Below, one piece after another: positions 24,201 through 39,200 of a stretch of DNA of 64,000 nt; within the stretch, counting starts at the first letter, position 1; each line of letters starts with the position of its first letter. The position numbers and the translations under genes were made by a program. The stretch comes from Oopsacas minuta (lineage: Eukaryota; Animalia; Porifera), in assembly GCA_024704765.1 (NCBI GenBank), contig JAKMXF010000033.1, positions 372,001 through 436,000 of the forward strand, read 5' to 3'. The notes beneath the pieces were generated by a model. That model was not told the DNA's origin, did not search any database, and was given only the letters and a program-made list of their open reading frames with translations.

Positions 24201-27200
24201 AGACAGATACCACTGCCTTATCCTGCTGTACAGCACTAGCATCTATTTTAGTGAGAGAATTAGCTGCTCCAAGGGTAGCCAGCTTCTTCATAACAGCGTC
24301 TAGATTATCAGATTTGTGTGTGAGAGAGCAGTAGAATTCCTTAGAAGATATAATAAAGGAAACATAGACTTCATAAGCTTGATTGATTACTAGTCTCTCT
24401 TCAATGAAGGAATCAGTAGGCCTGGCTTCAGGTTTAGTGTCCCAACGAACAGTTTCTGGTTGAGATTCAGCGTTCTTTGCCCAACCCTGAGTGCCAAGGA
24501 CATCAGATTTGAGTCTGATATCTTCAGAGCCATTCCAAGCTTCAGTTTTCTTAATTCCTCTGTCTCGGTTCCAACCGTCACTACGTTCTTTTCTCTCACC
24601 GTCTCCTGTCGTATGCGGTCTTCTATCACCGAAGTTACGATCCCTCTTCTCACCGAAACCACGGTCCTCACGGTCGCCAGCGTTTCTGTCTTTGAAACCT
24701 CTATCTCTGTCAAATCTTCCTTCATTCCTATCATATTTTCTTCCAAATCCCCCTTCAAATCGATCAGATCTTCCCCCGAATCCCCCTTCGCTCCTATCGG
24801 ACCTTCTTCCGAATCCACCTTCACCATGATCGCGATCCGATCTCCCGCCATATCTGCCTTCGCGGCTGCCATCTCTAGACCTATATCCACCCTCTTCTCG
24901 GTCAGATCTTCCCCCAAATCCTCCTTCATTTCTATCTCTTCTTCCAAATCCTCCTTCATTTCTATCTCTTCCCCCAAACCCCCCTCTTTCATTTCTATCT
25001 CTTCCCCCAAACCCCCCTCCTTCATTTCTATCTCTCCTTCCAAACCCTCCTTCACTCCGATCTCTATTCCCAAACTCTCCTTGGCCTCTATCTCTACCCC
25101 CAAATCCCCCTCCTTCATTTCTATCTCTCCTTCCAAACCCTCCTTCACTCCGATCTCTATTTCCAAACCCTCCTTCACTCCGATCTCTATTTCCAAACCC
25201 TCCTTCGCCCCTATCTCTTCCCCCAAATCCTCCTTCATTTCTATCTCTCTCACCAAATCCTCCCTCACGTCTATCTCTCCCACCAAATCTCCCCTCGTTT
25301 CTCTCTCCAAACTCACTATTCCCTCTCTGCTTAAACTCGCCATCATTCCATCTGGAATCTCGATTAGGAGCGCTTCCGTGTCTCGTCCCTCCTCCATATC
25401 TATCTTCATTGGGCAATTCGTTAGGTGAAAAGCTCTCCTCTTCAGGACGTCCTTTCCTGAACCCAGGAGGCTTGAGACCAGACATAAGTATCTCTTCATC
25501 ATTTGAGAAATACATCTTGACAATATGCGTTTCTTGAGTTTTTGAAATAATCTTAACTTTCAGGATTTGTTCGTGGGTTTTCGCTTGGAAATTTTCGAGC
25601 TCTCGAATGCTAGGTTTATTTCCTTGCTCTTGATTGGACTGCAACATAGCAGGAATGGCTTGTGCAGGCTGATTCAAATGTGAATCAGGAATTGGAGCAA
25701 GAGTCTGAATCGACATCATATCGTCATTCCCATAATCTACGAACTGTACCTCCACTTGCTGTTGTTGAGGAGCGCGTAGTACTTTACCACGATACCACTG
25801 ATTATCTTGATAGAATTTTACTGCACATGGTAAGCCAGGGAGCACTGCTTCAGCTTTCATACCAATCTGTATTCTACTGGCGTATGAACTTAACTCCGAG
25901 GAAATATTTTTCAGTAGTGGTTCTGCATTCTCTCTCTGGAGGTAGAATACACCGCTTGGGAGTATGTGACACACCTTAAATCTGTCTATAACCCCAACTG
26001 GGAGGGAGAAAGAGGGGTAACATATAGGTTGTGAGCTGGTGAACTTTAGGGCCTCGTTGGTCTGATGGGTGTATAACTCCACAAGATAGATATCTAGTAG
26101 AATAAATAGTCGTCAAATACATAACTTGTTTCCCATCAGGATGTTGTAACTTGTAACTATAATTAATTATGATAAGTATTGAACACAAAAGCAGAATGGC
26201 ACACTAAGTAAATTGATATCATTCAGTGGGAACATGTCAAATGATCGAAAATTGAAAAGAGCTATCTCTGTAACAAAAGTTAATAATAACTAGAGATAAT
26301 AATATCGATGCACCATCACATTAATAACGGAAATTTTGATCGTTTTAGGAACATTATGAGACAATTATTGAATGAGATGTCAGCATTCTAAGAAGATTGT
26401 TGTAAATTTATGGCTGTACTATGGGTTTAAGTAAACTTAGTTTGAATTAAGTGAATTAAAAACTACAATAATAAATATTTATACGGAGTCAATAGTGGAA
26501 GTCTAAAAATGGGCGAATTATCCCAAAAGGGCTAACGAGGCAAATTTTTGGACAAACAGTATACGTGTACGTATATTAATATTTTCAATTTTCTACTGAA
26601 ATCAGATTTACAACGATATAGCGAAAATAATAAGTTTTAACCTAATCAGTAGCAACAAATTCCAGTCTACCAGATTATCGTTGTTACTTTGACATTACCA
26701 AAATATGAATGCCCTTTGGATAGAAATAGTCCTTAGCACAAACTCCAATGGATTTGACAATACTAAAGTTTGTTTGTATTTGGTAGTGGTAATTACGTTA
26801 AATTGATGGAATCACAGAGAGGAATATCAATAGCAATCGATATCATAGAACTTGCTTGGCATCCTATCGTGTTAATTGCATATCACGAATGCAATCAAAT
26901 ACTTGGAGCGATCTTACTGTATGATTTCTATCCTAAGTAGAAGTCAACACGTGAAGAGACAACTGTCTATATCTCAACTGAATTGCATTCAATATGTGAA
27001 TCCTATCATTATACTAACTAATTGCACAATTACGTGTTGGTAGTAATCCTTTGTGGAGGATAGCTTTACCTATGTAGGCATATTGTGAATCGCATTTAGA
27101 CATAACTTGTCTTAGATAGAACTACGGCTTCTGATTACAATTCAGGATTGTTGCTATAAGATCGACATATCTAGATACAGCTGACTCCGCTTAATCGGGA

Positions 27201-30200
27201 CAGATTTTGATGAATTTTTCAGGTCCATTCCATAGAGAAAAGACAAAATTCATACCCCCAGAGGTGCAAATCTACACCCCCGAAATGTGTATATGTATTT
27301 GTTACAATTATCCTATTAATCGAACTACTAGATTTCGCACGGCCGACCGGTTTTCCGGCTTTCGCTATAGGTATCAACAAAACGAATATATTAAATGTCT
27401 ATACAGTACTTACACTGGTCATTATGTCCGACAATCTTAACACGGATATCCCGAGCAGCAGTAAGTTTGCTCTTGAATTTATCCACATCCTCATCTGTGT
27501 ATCTGTTCTGGTGGGGACGGAGAGCACAGCGAAACGCTTGACAAGGAAGAGATAGGAATTTTTGAGGGAGAGGCTGAATCTTCTCATTTAATAACCATTC
27601 ATCATTTCCATAGTCTACGTATAAGACATGGATCTTAGGGGATGATACAGCGAGTACCTTTGCTCTGTACCATGTGCCTATAGTAGAGAAGCAAGCAGCA
27701 CATGGAACTCCGACCTATGCACAGAGGATAATCAAAGTAGGTTGCTGTAAATGTTCTACTGTTCCCGATTAAATAAACAAAAGATTTGATGGTTAATTAG
27801 CAACTATCACAACAATGAAGCATATTCGAAGTTATCTATCTCTTAGCATTGTCAAAATTGCAGAGATATGATATTGCAACGATTTCAGTCAGGTTTTACA
27901 AAATCTCCTGGAATTATAGCTACATCTATTAACATGGCATTATCAATCCTTTTACGTACAAAAGGTTATCAATGTTGTGCTCAATGATACCTGACATATA
28001 CAAGGCTTGAATCAAAGAAACAGTCCAATTCTAATTTGATAGCAATCAACATAGATAGTTAATTAAATTCTAATTAAATAGCTAATCAACATGACTACCT
28101 TTAATTCAAAAGATTTGGGTGCCTTGCTGGCTACAATTGTCCGATTTAGCTCGAACTCCATACTATTCAGTGCTTCGCTTGTCTCAGAAACTTGCATGTA
28201 GAAATCGTTGGGTGAATGCATGACACAAAGTTGTGCAGTAACCTCTGTCCCGGATGAGAGGATCAGTGGTTTTAGCTCTCCGAGAAATACCTGGGTATTG
28301 CCAGAGCTTTTAACATGAAATAAAGCAGCCATGCTTTGTGTACTTGCGTTGTCTACGAGATCAACCTCATAGTATATAGTTTGGAAGTTCAATACTTGGA
28401 GGGTGAAAAACCTGACAAATATTCCGCAATTAAAAAGCATACATATGTTTAGAATGAAGAAACTAACCGATCGGTAACTGTCTGTCTAAACTGGTCCATG
28501 AGCTCAGTTGAGAATCTCGTGTCCTTGCTGAATCCCCTGAGAGAGCATTTTATAGCTTGAGCCTGTAGACTGTATAATTGACTTGGGAGGGGCTTGATAC
28601 GACCCATATCAAGGTTCTCTTTATTACCATAGTCAATGTAATGTACCTTAACTACTCCAGGAGAATCTGTGTTTAGGATAATAGCACGATACCACTTGTC
28701 ATCCTCTGTAAACCTTGGATATTATCAAAATAGTAATTCAGGTATATCAGTTGTATTATAATTTCCTAAAATAGATTTTGTTGTCAGAATAGAATAAAGA
28801 TTTCCAAAAACTTTCTCCTTAGCCAATCAATTTGTAGTCTGTCTTTACGAATAAATACAAACCACTAGAGCCTACACATGATGGGTAAACCCTCAAATCT
28901 GATAGGTCATGACATTTTGAATATATTGTCTTCGTCCATTGGAAGATTTTATTGTAATTTGTTACAGCGACGCGACAAAAACAAAAGATATTGTAATACA
29001 TATCTACCATGGATTACATTAGTACAACTTACTTAGCCGCTACCACCATTTGAGGTTGAGCACGAGGTACTTGTTCATTATAAGAGCGCTCGCAGTGCCG
29101 TGCAAGCTCCTCCATCATTGCATCAAGCTTTTCAGACATTTGCGTTAGCTGTATACTGAAATCATTAGGACTGATTGCATAGGATACATATACTTCAGTA
29201 GAGTGACCTCTGGGCAAGATAATCTCCTTTATTTTCTTAGGAGATCTGTTGCCATATTGGGTAGTCCCCTATTTGATAAATAACTCAATATACTTTATCT
29301 AAGTTGTTGAAATCGTATAGAAATGTAATGCAAAGCTAAAGATCAATCAAAGTTAATAGATAATATGCAAATGAAATGATGCCTACAAAATGAATCGTGT
29401 CCAACATATATACAGACTAATGGCTTGTCTGAATAAGGAGATGTTTGAGAACTAGAAAGCATACTCTATAATTACAGAGCTGGTGGATGACTCTCTATCA
29501 ATGTTAGACCAGTGTATTGCTAACTGATAGATACCTGTTAGCGTTATTTGGTCATTTGAATATAGTCAACTCTCGAAGCACAAAGGATCGCGATAATTAC
29601 TTCGATATGACCAATGAAAATATGTTACATACTTTGACGGTTTGAGATCATATTTGTACAATTTCTTACTTCAATATAACGAGAGGTGAATATATTTCAA
29701 AAGATAGAGGGATTGTTCTGCAAATAAAAATTCAACGAGAAATACAACTAACTTGACTAGGAGATGGAAATTTCTGAGATTGCTGTACTTCATTGTGTGT
29801 GGGTGATAATAGGAGAGGAGAGACACTACCAGGGGCAGTTTGAGGTGCATACCGAGCAGCAAATGACTTGCTAATGGCCATACCAGCTTCACAAATGAGC
29901 TTACCGATATCCCTGTTCCCAGAAGTTAGATTAACTTCCCATGTATTATCAGAGTTCTTTTGAATGAATTTAGCATATAGTTGCTTCTTTTCTATAGGAA
30001 TGCGATGAATAAGTACGTATGTAGAAGTATTTAGCAGACATATAATTAAGTAGAAGCGTAGTTAAGATGTATAGGAAGTTGAATAAGAGCAATAAATGCA
30101 AATAACTAACCAGCTTGTCGTTTGAAAAAACTAATAGCAGCAGTACTCCAGTCTGTGTGAGTGGCAGCTAGAATGACATCGTGGAGACAACACTCAATAG

Positions 30201-33200
30201 AGTGTTTGGGGAATTTGAAAAAACTTTCATGCAATAGTTTGCAATCACTCTTAGACACGTCATATAAATTACCGTAGTCCACGAAATATACATGTATAGT
30301 CGTGCCTTTGACCTGGAGAATAGCATTTGAAAAAGTTGTTTGGTAACAGATTACCAAACAAATGCAGAAGATAATTCGTTTTCCAAATCATAAAGTGAAA
30401 TATTCAATGATAGCAATACTGAGTATGCTATACTAATGAGTATTAATGGATGCAAAGATAAACGAATCCTCTTAAGTAGACGAGAACTAATACTGAATCA
30501 GTTTGTTAAAAGACAATGTTCCCTCAGTCATTTGCAGATTAGAGATAAATCCATTCAAGAATACCACTTTCCGTTATGTCGAAGTTCAAGTGAAGGTGAT
30601 ACTTAGATAGCCGATTAAATCTATGTTACTTTGACTGTTTGGAACCATATTTGTACAATTTAAGAGATTGATAAAAGCGGGTATTTAGATATGACAAGAG
30701 TTGACTATTCGTATTCATTAATAACAAAATACCTCTCTGACAATAGCACGATACCAATTCATATCCAAATACTTGCAACAACATAAGTCTCCTACAGTAG
30801 GAGACTTCATTGATAGATCTCCAGACTCTAGTCCCACATAGTATGATGTGATACGATCCATGAACTGGTTCAGATTGTTCTCGTAAGAGCTTAGGTGTAA
30901 ATGGAAATTTTCTAAATAATAGTGACATATTAAATTGGGTATTTTACAGCAAACACACGGATAATATTATTACATATTATTAGTATAACTAGAAAAGTAA
31001 CTAAACGAGGTAAACAGGATTAAGATAGAACGAGGAGTTTCTGTTTCCAATACTATAATACAGCGGTTCTTAACCTGGGGTCCATGAACCCCTTGATGGT
31101 CCACAGGATCTCGAAATTGGTACAGTGGAACCTCCATAATCCGACACTTGTGTAATCCGGAATTTGCCTAAACCGACATTATTTCTGTTCACAGATCGTT
31201 TGTATAGAAAACAACCTCGCTATTCCGGAATCCGACAATTAACGATAATCGAGTAATGTAAATTCGACCTGTATAACCCGACATTATAGTTTAATATGTT
31301 GAATCTAGAATACTACTTGTATCATATTACACAACCGTAAGGCTTGCATTTACTTTTAAGCCTCTACAATCCAACACATTTTTCCGTCTTCAAATAATGC
31401 CGGATTATGGAGTTCGCACTGTGTTGCAATCTATCGGAAGGGTCCTATAGCATGCGTCAAAATTGGTATACGGGTGAAAAAGGTTGGCAACTACCATCAC
31501 TTACACCCACCCATAAATTATTATTGTAAAATAAGATATAAGGACATTATTAAATTACATAATTAGAACTGGCTCTAGGCATTCAATAACATAATCATAA
31601 TAATTCTGTGGAATATGTATTTATTTAATTAATTGGTAGACAAACAGCCCGAAAATATAATGGCAGCTAGGAACGTGAGATACGAAGATCAACTTGTAGG
31701 AATTCATGGCGATTTCAATACACAAGTTGATAGAATGAGGAGAGAGATACTGGAACTATTCCAATATCTACATGCTCATCTTGACGATAGGAAGGATGTA
31801 CTTCTATGGGAATTAAATCAAATGATAACAACACAAGAAAGGAACAAAGACGCCGAGCAAGCAATTAAACAGTTAGAAGCTACGATGGAAAGTATACTGC
31901 TAACTATCTCCAGTAATTTATTACGGGAAAAGAAGGAGTATTATTCAGATACTATTGCTAGAGATATAGCTGAATACAAAGAACAAATTCAGGGTATGCA
32001 AGAGGTCGACACAATGCATCCAATTTATGACAAATTTAAATTCGATGAAGCTATAAATAGCATTCATCTCAGCGCTGCTAAGATAGAATATAAGGCAGAG
32101 CCAAAGAAGTTTAGAGACAGAGGTCACCTGAAAAGGCCGAGAGGACTAGCAATCAGTGACAATATAATATTCATAGCAGATAGGTTCAATTTCGTTAAGG
32201 CATTTTCAATGGATGGACAGTATATGCAGAACTTGTGTGTGGGTAAGAACCACCTTCACAATCCATGGGGTGTGGCTGTTTATGATGACGTCATTTTTGT
32301 TACTGATGCTGGACAGAAGCAAATATCAAAGTTCATGAGGAGTGGGGAGTTAGTTAAAAAGTCCGGCTGGAAAGGGCAGAAGGAAGGAGAATTCGTGAAT
32401 CCTCGCGGTTTATTTGCAGATCAACAAGCAGTGTATGTATGTGATCAGGGTAACAATAGAATACAGAGGTTAACTCATGACCTAGCATTTATCTCTATTA
32501 TAACGAATATACAACTCAAATCTCCTGTAGACGTATTCGTGAGAAAAAGGCAAATAATAGTTTTCCCTCTCAACGAAAATAAGGTGTTGATATTTAACAT
32601 GGAAGGGGAAATGATTAAGACAGTACAATTGGATGCAGAGCCTGTGATTAAGGAGAGCTACTTCTTCACAGTTAATAGATGGGACCATATTATAATAAGC
32701 TTACGACCAGAGGGGTGTATCAAGACATTCTCACAAGATGGACAGCTGATACACGAAGTAGGAAGAGGACACGCAATTGACTGCTATGGAGTTAGCATAA
32801 CAGCTAGCGGAGAAGGGATAGTGTGTGTTGCTAATGGATGTGATAATGGATCTATCCAAATATACAACTAACATATATTATGAACAATAGATAGATAGCT
32901 GTAATAATCTGTGAATTATAGTGCTAGTAGTGTGAAACTACGGATTAAGTAATTATGTTAACGCTAGTAGAGTATAACCTACACAACCGGGCCTGTGGAA
33001 ACGGGACATTCTGGAAAAGGAGTAAAATACGTAATACGCACGTAAGAGAATTCCTGGTCCATACAAATGAACCTCCACAAATGGGGAATTTCGCAGAAAC
33101 AGGGAAACGAATCTCGGCGTCTCTGGCACCCCGTCTGTGGAGGTTACACTGTAGTTGTAAATGAATTTCCCTTGTTGATTGTTACGTATAATAGCATGTG

Positions 33201-36200
33201 ACTACCCTGCCCCCATTGCTATGGGGGCAATAATCTTGCAATATTGATCCTGCGGATAATAATCAAAAATCTACAAATATATCCTCACCTGGTGTTTTAA
33301 TCTCACTGATGTAAACACTCTCCTGTGAATTGACCTTTATCTCTAGTTCATTAATCTTCTTCTTTTCATGAATAGAAGCAGGCCTAGCGTATTGCGAATT
33401 GATAAGTACTTGTGCAATATTCACGTTACTCTGAGGGTCAATCAGTGAGACATAGAATATGCCACTATCTGGTTTATCCATAAAAGTACAGAGTAGTAAT
33501 TTGTTAAAAGTTAGTGATTGGAAAAGCTGACTAGCTTCAATACTCCATTCATCCTAAAATGATATAGAAAGATGGATCAGGAGCGTAACTAGAAATCACA
33601 GAGCAAAGAAAGGAATAAATATTTGTAAAGAGACTACTGGATAGAGAGCTGAGACAATCGCTTTATCACTCTAAGTCAGCGGTTCCCAACCTAGGCCGAG
33701 GTCGATAGACCTTTGGGTGGTCCACAGGATCTCAAAATTTGAGTTACAGTCCATGGGAGGGTCTACAGAAAGTGTTAAAATAGGGATAGGGGTCTACGGG
33801 TGAAAAAGGTTGGGAAGCGTTGCCTTATATGGTAGTTACACCCCAGTAAATAATCTTCACAAAAGTCTGTAAAATGATCCTTAACAACATACGTACAGAC
33901 CTACGTGAATAATAGTTTAGGGAATCGTGGATACCTATGCTCCATTCGGAGTACAAAAAGGCAAGGATAAACATTTCATATTCATAACCGTATGATTATA
34001 TTAACGATAACTTACGTCTTTGGCCGTAACCTCTAAGAGAGAGCACTTGATAGCTTGAGCAGGTAGGACATAGAAATTAGGATGCATTAGTTTAATCTCA
34101 CTAACACTCTTAGTCTCTGTATTACCGTAGTCTACGTACTGGATTATGACGTCATCTTGGATAACATCTAATACCTTGCCTCTATACCAGAGGTTATCCT
34201 GAGCAAATCGTGTACAACAGATAGCACCTAGTGTTATATGTATAATAAATAACAATACTATTGTATTGATAAGGTTATAACAACACAAACAAGCCAAGAA
34301 AAGGGATAGAATGGTAAACACATATGATAATGACATAACAGTCAGAGTAATTCGTTGGTTGGTGTTCCTATAACATAATTCCCATGGTATTTGTACCAAT
34401 TTTAGCTCGATTTAATCTGAGGTCTGTCGTGGAAGTGTGGTCCATGCTAGACCTCAGATTACGCGTAACGAGGTAATGATAGCAGAGTTTCATCTAGACA
34501 TTTTGGCAAGGGCGAGACAATACCCCCCGCCCTCCCTAAATGAAACCCTGGGTATAGCAGTCCTGTATGCTACCAAAAATAATCTACGATTCATAGCGAT
34601 AATCATATCCTATATATCTTACCATGTACTATACTTGTGGGAGTAATATCCTTGTCCTGTGCCTCTGTCAGACATGAATAGTGCTGATTGATCTGGTCAC
34701 TCAAATACTGTAGTTGTGAGTGTGAGTTAGCAAACTGAACATAGAAATTACTGGGACTATCAAGATGAGATACGAGCACCTCGCTAGTAGAAGGAAGTGC
34801 TATTGACATAAGTAAATCCGTGAGAATTGCAGTGTGGAAAGAGAAAGGGTAACTTTCTACTTGAAGAGCTGGTTTCGAAGAGACCGCAGAGTATATAGCT
34901 AGGAAGAAAACGGAAAATATCTATATTAACAATCTACACAACACTGATAAATTGCAGTGTACATATAACTGTGGGTAAAATATTGAACACGTTTAAGTTT
35001 CAATTGAATCACAATAGATGAGCCATGATAAAGGATAGATTCTATAATATTTGTAATGTTGGTTATATATTAACTCCACATTTACTCGTGGGGATATTAT
35101 ATAGCGACTGAATGCAATCTGAGTCGAAAGTTATATAAGGTTTTGTAAGAAAGTGGTAGAGTACAATAAAGTGTGGCTAATGTATTGCATTATAATCCTA
35201 CCGGAAATTGCCCGTCGAATAGTACGGTAGAGAATTATGGGAATATTTATGAATAAATTAGATTGTAGAGTTGATAAATGATCAATATTGCAATATCACA
35301 ATATTGCTCAGTGACGAGAGGATTATCCTTCTCTGACAACTTAAATCAAAAGTATTTGTTTGATAAAGCGAGAGCTAAAGTAACCATAGTGATACACGAT
35401 GCAACTTTGTTGCATGGAATTTTGTTTTGTTGATTTGGAGTGCGAATTGTTGAACCTGACCCGTGTATGTGTTTGTATGCAATAAAATTGCATAAAACAG
35501 TTGCATGGCTTGTATGGTGGGCTTCAAGGGTCTGCTGAACTACAAGATAAGGCTCTAGCCTATAGCGCAGTAGTGCCCTATCGTGAAGATTACTTTATGG
35601 ACAAAATTTAGCCTATTTTTATCTTCTTGAACAAACTTAGGGTTTTGGAGCTATAAATTATTGAAGTTGTCGACTTGGTGGCACGCGATACAATTAGACT
35701 GGTACACAGGTTCACACAAATATAATTACTCACAAATAATGCGAAACATAATCTGCTATTATTCGAACTCTATTAAGTATTAAATGAGATTTTGAGATAT
35801 TAATAAATTGTCAATAGTATTTGACGAATGCAACCACATTCACTTGGCGTCCCAAATTCTGTCCCATAAAGCCTTATTGTTATTGACAACCCATTCAAAG
35901 CCAACACTCCATAAAAGATTTCTCTAAACAAGCATCAATTAATACATTTCGAGAAAGTAGCTAGAAGTTCATAACTCACTGTCTAGTGTATTTCTATCTC
36001 TTTTACAGAGTGCTCCTTGACTCACGAGCTCATCAATTAGATTCTCTCCCCCTGGTAACTTCAAGGCAATACTATGTATTCCCTGTTCATCAATGTCATG
36101 GACTTGACATAATAATGTTCCTACACCCACCATTCCTGTGAATAACTGTACGTAGTTAGAAGATGCTGCATACTCATTAATATGTGATAGCTGTGATGGA

Positions 36201-39200
36201 AATGTTCTACAGGGTATGTTTGCTGCACATGAGGGAATACGACGTAAACTAGACAACTCTACTTGCTCTTTAGTTCCTAAAATGAATAACCTCAAAAATA
36301 AAATAAATAGAGCCAATTTCTAATCCTATACAAATGAAACGGAAAAACTGGGTCGCATAATTCGGCGTTCCTGACACCCAGTGTATGTAGGCTACCCTGT
36401 AGTATCACACAATCTTAATTCATTGACCTTCTTAAGTCATTAATTTACTATAAAATTAAATTTACAACTCACCAATGTCAATATACATAACCTGATATTT
36501 CTGCTTTCCTATTTTTGACAATACTCTAGCTCTATTCCACAATCCACTAGTAACACTCTTAGCTGCTACAAACTGTCCTATTTTAGCATTGAAGATGGGA
36601 GGATGAGCTTGACAAGATTTTAAATGTGCTATAATTTGATCAATCTTAGAACCATGTGTTACCGGTACACAGTAGATAACATGATCAGGAGTCACGTGGC
36701 TAACTTCAACCTGATTGAAATACAATATATAAAACAGTATGTGTTCGTATTTAATATTTATACAATTATTCAGTTATCTAATACTCAACAGTCAACCCCC
36801 GCTATCGAACATGGATATATCTGTATACCCGCTTATATCGCAGTCTAAAATTGTACAAATATGGCCAATAATTACATCAATTAGATCGAAGCAATTATCA
36901 GGGTCACTTGAGCTTCGATATAACTGGAGTTGACTGTAGCTGCACTTGGTATATGAATGTTATACATCTGGAAAAAAATTTGCATCATAAAAGTGAATTT
37001 ATAAAAAAATTTTTCAATAATAAATACTCGCCTGTATGATAGAACCCTCTGTAGCTGTATATATAGTTACGCTAGCAGGCTGTGAGGTAGAAATAGCAAA
37101 CCCTTCATTAACCAACACATCAACTAGTCCAGGTGGTTCGAGCACTTCTACCCTCACACTAGGGAGGTGATTGTCCTTTTCCACTTCATGAACTTCAACG
37201 ATTATTTGGTTGGTATCTAGCGGAAATTTAATAATGCATTACTATAAAGTAGAACTCAGATAAGACGTACAGTCAGTTAATACGTATAACTTCCTTCAAA
37301 CTAATATTAATACAATATCTATTCGGAGAAGACGTACAATCGGATAGTACGTACTAACTTGCTCCCAATGGGGTACCTATGTCTGATCCTATTAAACGAT
37401 TATTTATTTAGCAATGAGATTAGCGAGTTTAATTATTCTCAATATAATTATTGTCCTTTCGAGTATTGTCGGTGCCGAACATTGTCCCAAACAGGAAGAT
37501 ATCCGGTCAGATTTTGTGAAGAATAACTTCAGCGTAACGAAGTTTCAAGGAATCTACTATGAAGCAATGTATCACGACTCTACACAGCCCAGATTCTGTA
37601 AATGTGAGAGAGCTAACAAGAAGTTTCTTCCAGATTCAAACATGATCTATGATAATTTTACCATTATCTGCGTTGGCAAGGAATACCCGGAGGCTTTGAT
37701 GTTTAATCTTACCAAAGAGAATGGAATATTCGTAGGGTGGGTCAACATTACAGCGATAAAAAGAATCAGGATACCAGATACAGTAGTTGATGTAGGAGTA
37801 AACATAGATGGAGAATATGAATGGGTAATTGAATATCAATGTATTGAAGAATTCGATATTATTATTTTTGAAGCAATAAATTTCTATACAAGAGCTCGTT
37901 TTCCGACAAATGACACTAAAATGATTATGATGAACTCAGCTAAGAAGTATGGGATATTAGAGCACATTAAAGAAGGAGAACTTATAACAAATGATCAAAC
38001 TAACTGTACTTACGGTGAAGAAGATCGCAAGAGAAATTAATTCATTAATAGGACAGGATAGTAGATTAGGATTTTAGTAAATGTATTATTTTTGACAACT
38101 GCTAGATCCTGAAATATATACTCTGACTTCTCGTTATAGCATAGTGCTCAGGTTTCATTTCCTTATAACTTATAAGCGGTATTTCTTTGTAAACGGAGTG
38201 AAATTAATTACTTTCAAGCTATAGCTATAGGGGTAAAGAATCACTTCGTTATGACAGGAATTTATTGTATCTTTCTTATAGTACACTTATACCAGCATTT
38301 AGCATAAGGCAGTGGTTAAATACGTACGTATCAAGTTGCAAACACATTGCTATTATTACCTCGATAAGACATAGGCCATATAACATATCCACTCTAGTTC
38401 TATTAACTATATTTCTTGTGATAAATATTTCAGCCAGATAGTTAATGGCAAACGAAGAAAATAATTTCGAAATAGAGTTCAATGCTATTGAAGAAAAAAT
38501 CAATGCTGTAATTGATAAGATACATAAACTGGTCGATGAGAGAAAGGAGAGATTATTAAAAAGACTCAACGATTTGAAGATATCTTATGGGAGAAATTGC
38601 GAAGCAGAGAGTGCAATGAAACAACTGCAACAGTTCAGAGACGCGGGAGCAAACTTACTCACCAGTAATTTACTAGAAAATAGCAAAGTTATATCTCTAG
38701 AAGTTATCGACAAACAAATTGAGAGTTGGAAACAGAAACAAGCTTCTATGAAAATACACGCAAAACACGAGCTGAAGTGGAACGAATTTGAGGTAAAAAA
38801 TGCACTGAATGGAGTTGATCTAATCCTAACAGACCCTTGTTATTCAAAGAGAAACCTCCCCACTTATTCCACTTGCAAACAGGGCCATGAAGAAGGAGAT
38901 ATATCTGTTCCCTTCTATATAGCACTAGTTGAAGAGGAAAACGAGGTTTATATAGCTGATTCAGGAAACCATCGCATAGCTATCCATAATATGGAAGGAG
39001 AATTCCTTAGACAATTCAATAAAACACGTGTAGAGAGCCCAAGAGGAATAGCTGTTACAAACGAGGCTGTGTTTGTGACTGATAATATTCAGCATGCGTT
39101 GTACAAATTCAACCATGAGGGAGAAATATCTAGAAAGATAAAAAAGCAAGGAGAAGGGAGGGGGGCCTTCTTGAATCCATGCGCTGTAGCTTGTAAATAC

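Noticed and set aside
24390-25523. Long overlapping ORFs (377 aa alternative frame, 322 aa antisense) across the Tudor repeat region
   Set aside because: Explained by a stop-poor coding minisatellite. The ORFs begin and end with the repeat and have no independent features.
29476-29534. Phase-compatible candidate mini-exon for the Tudor gene
   Set aside because: Reading through from 29991 gives the typical post-Tudor motif [12 protein letters not shown] and a good donor at 29752, so the extra exon is unnecessary. It could still be an alternative form.
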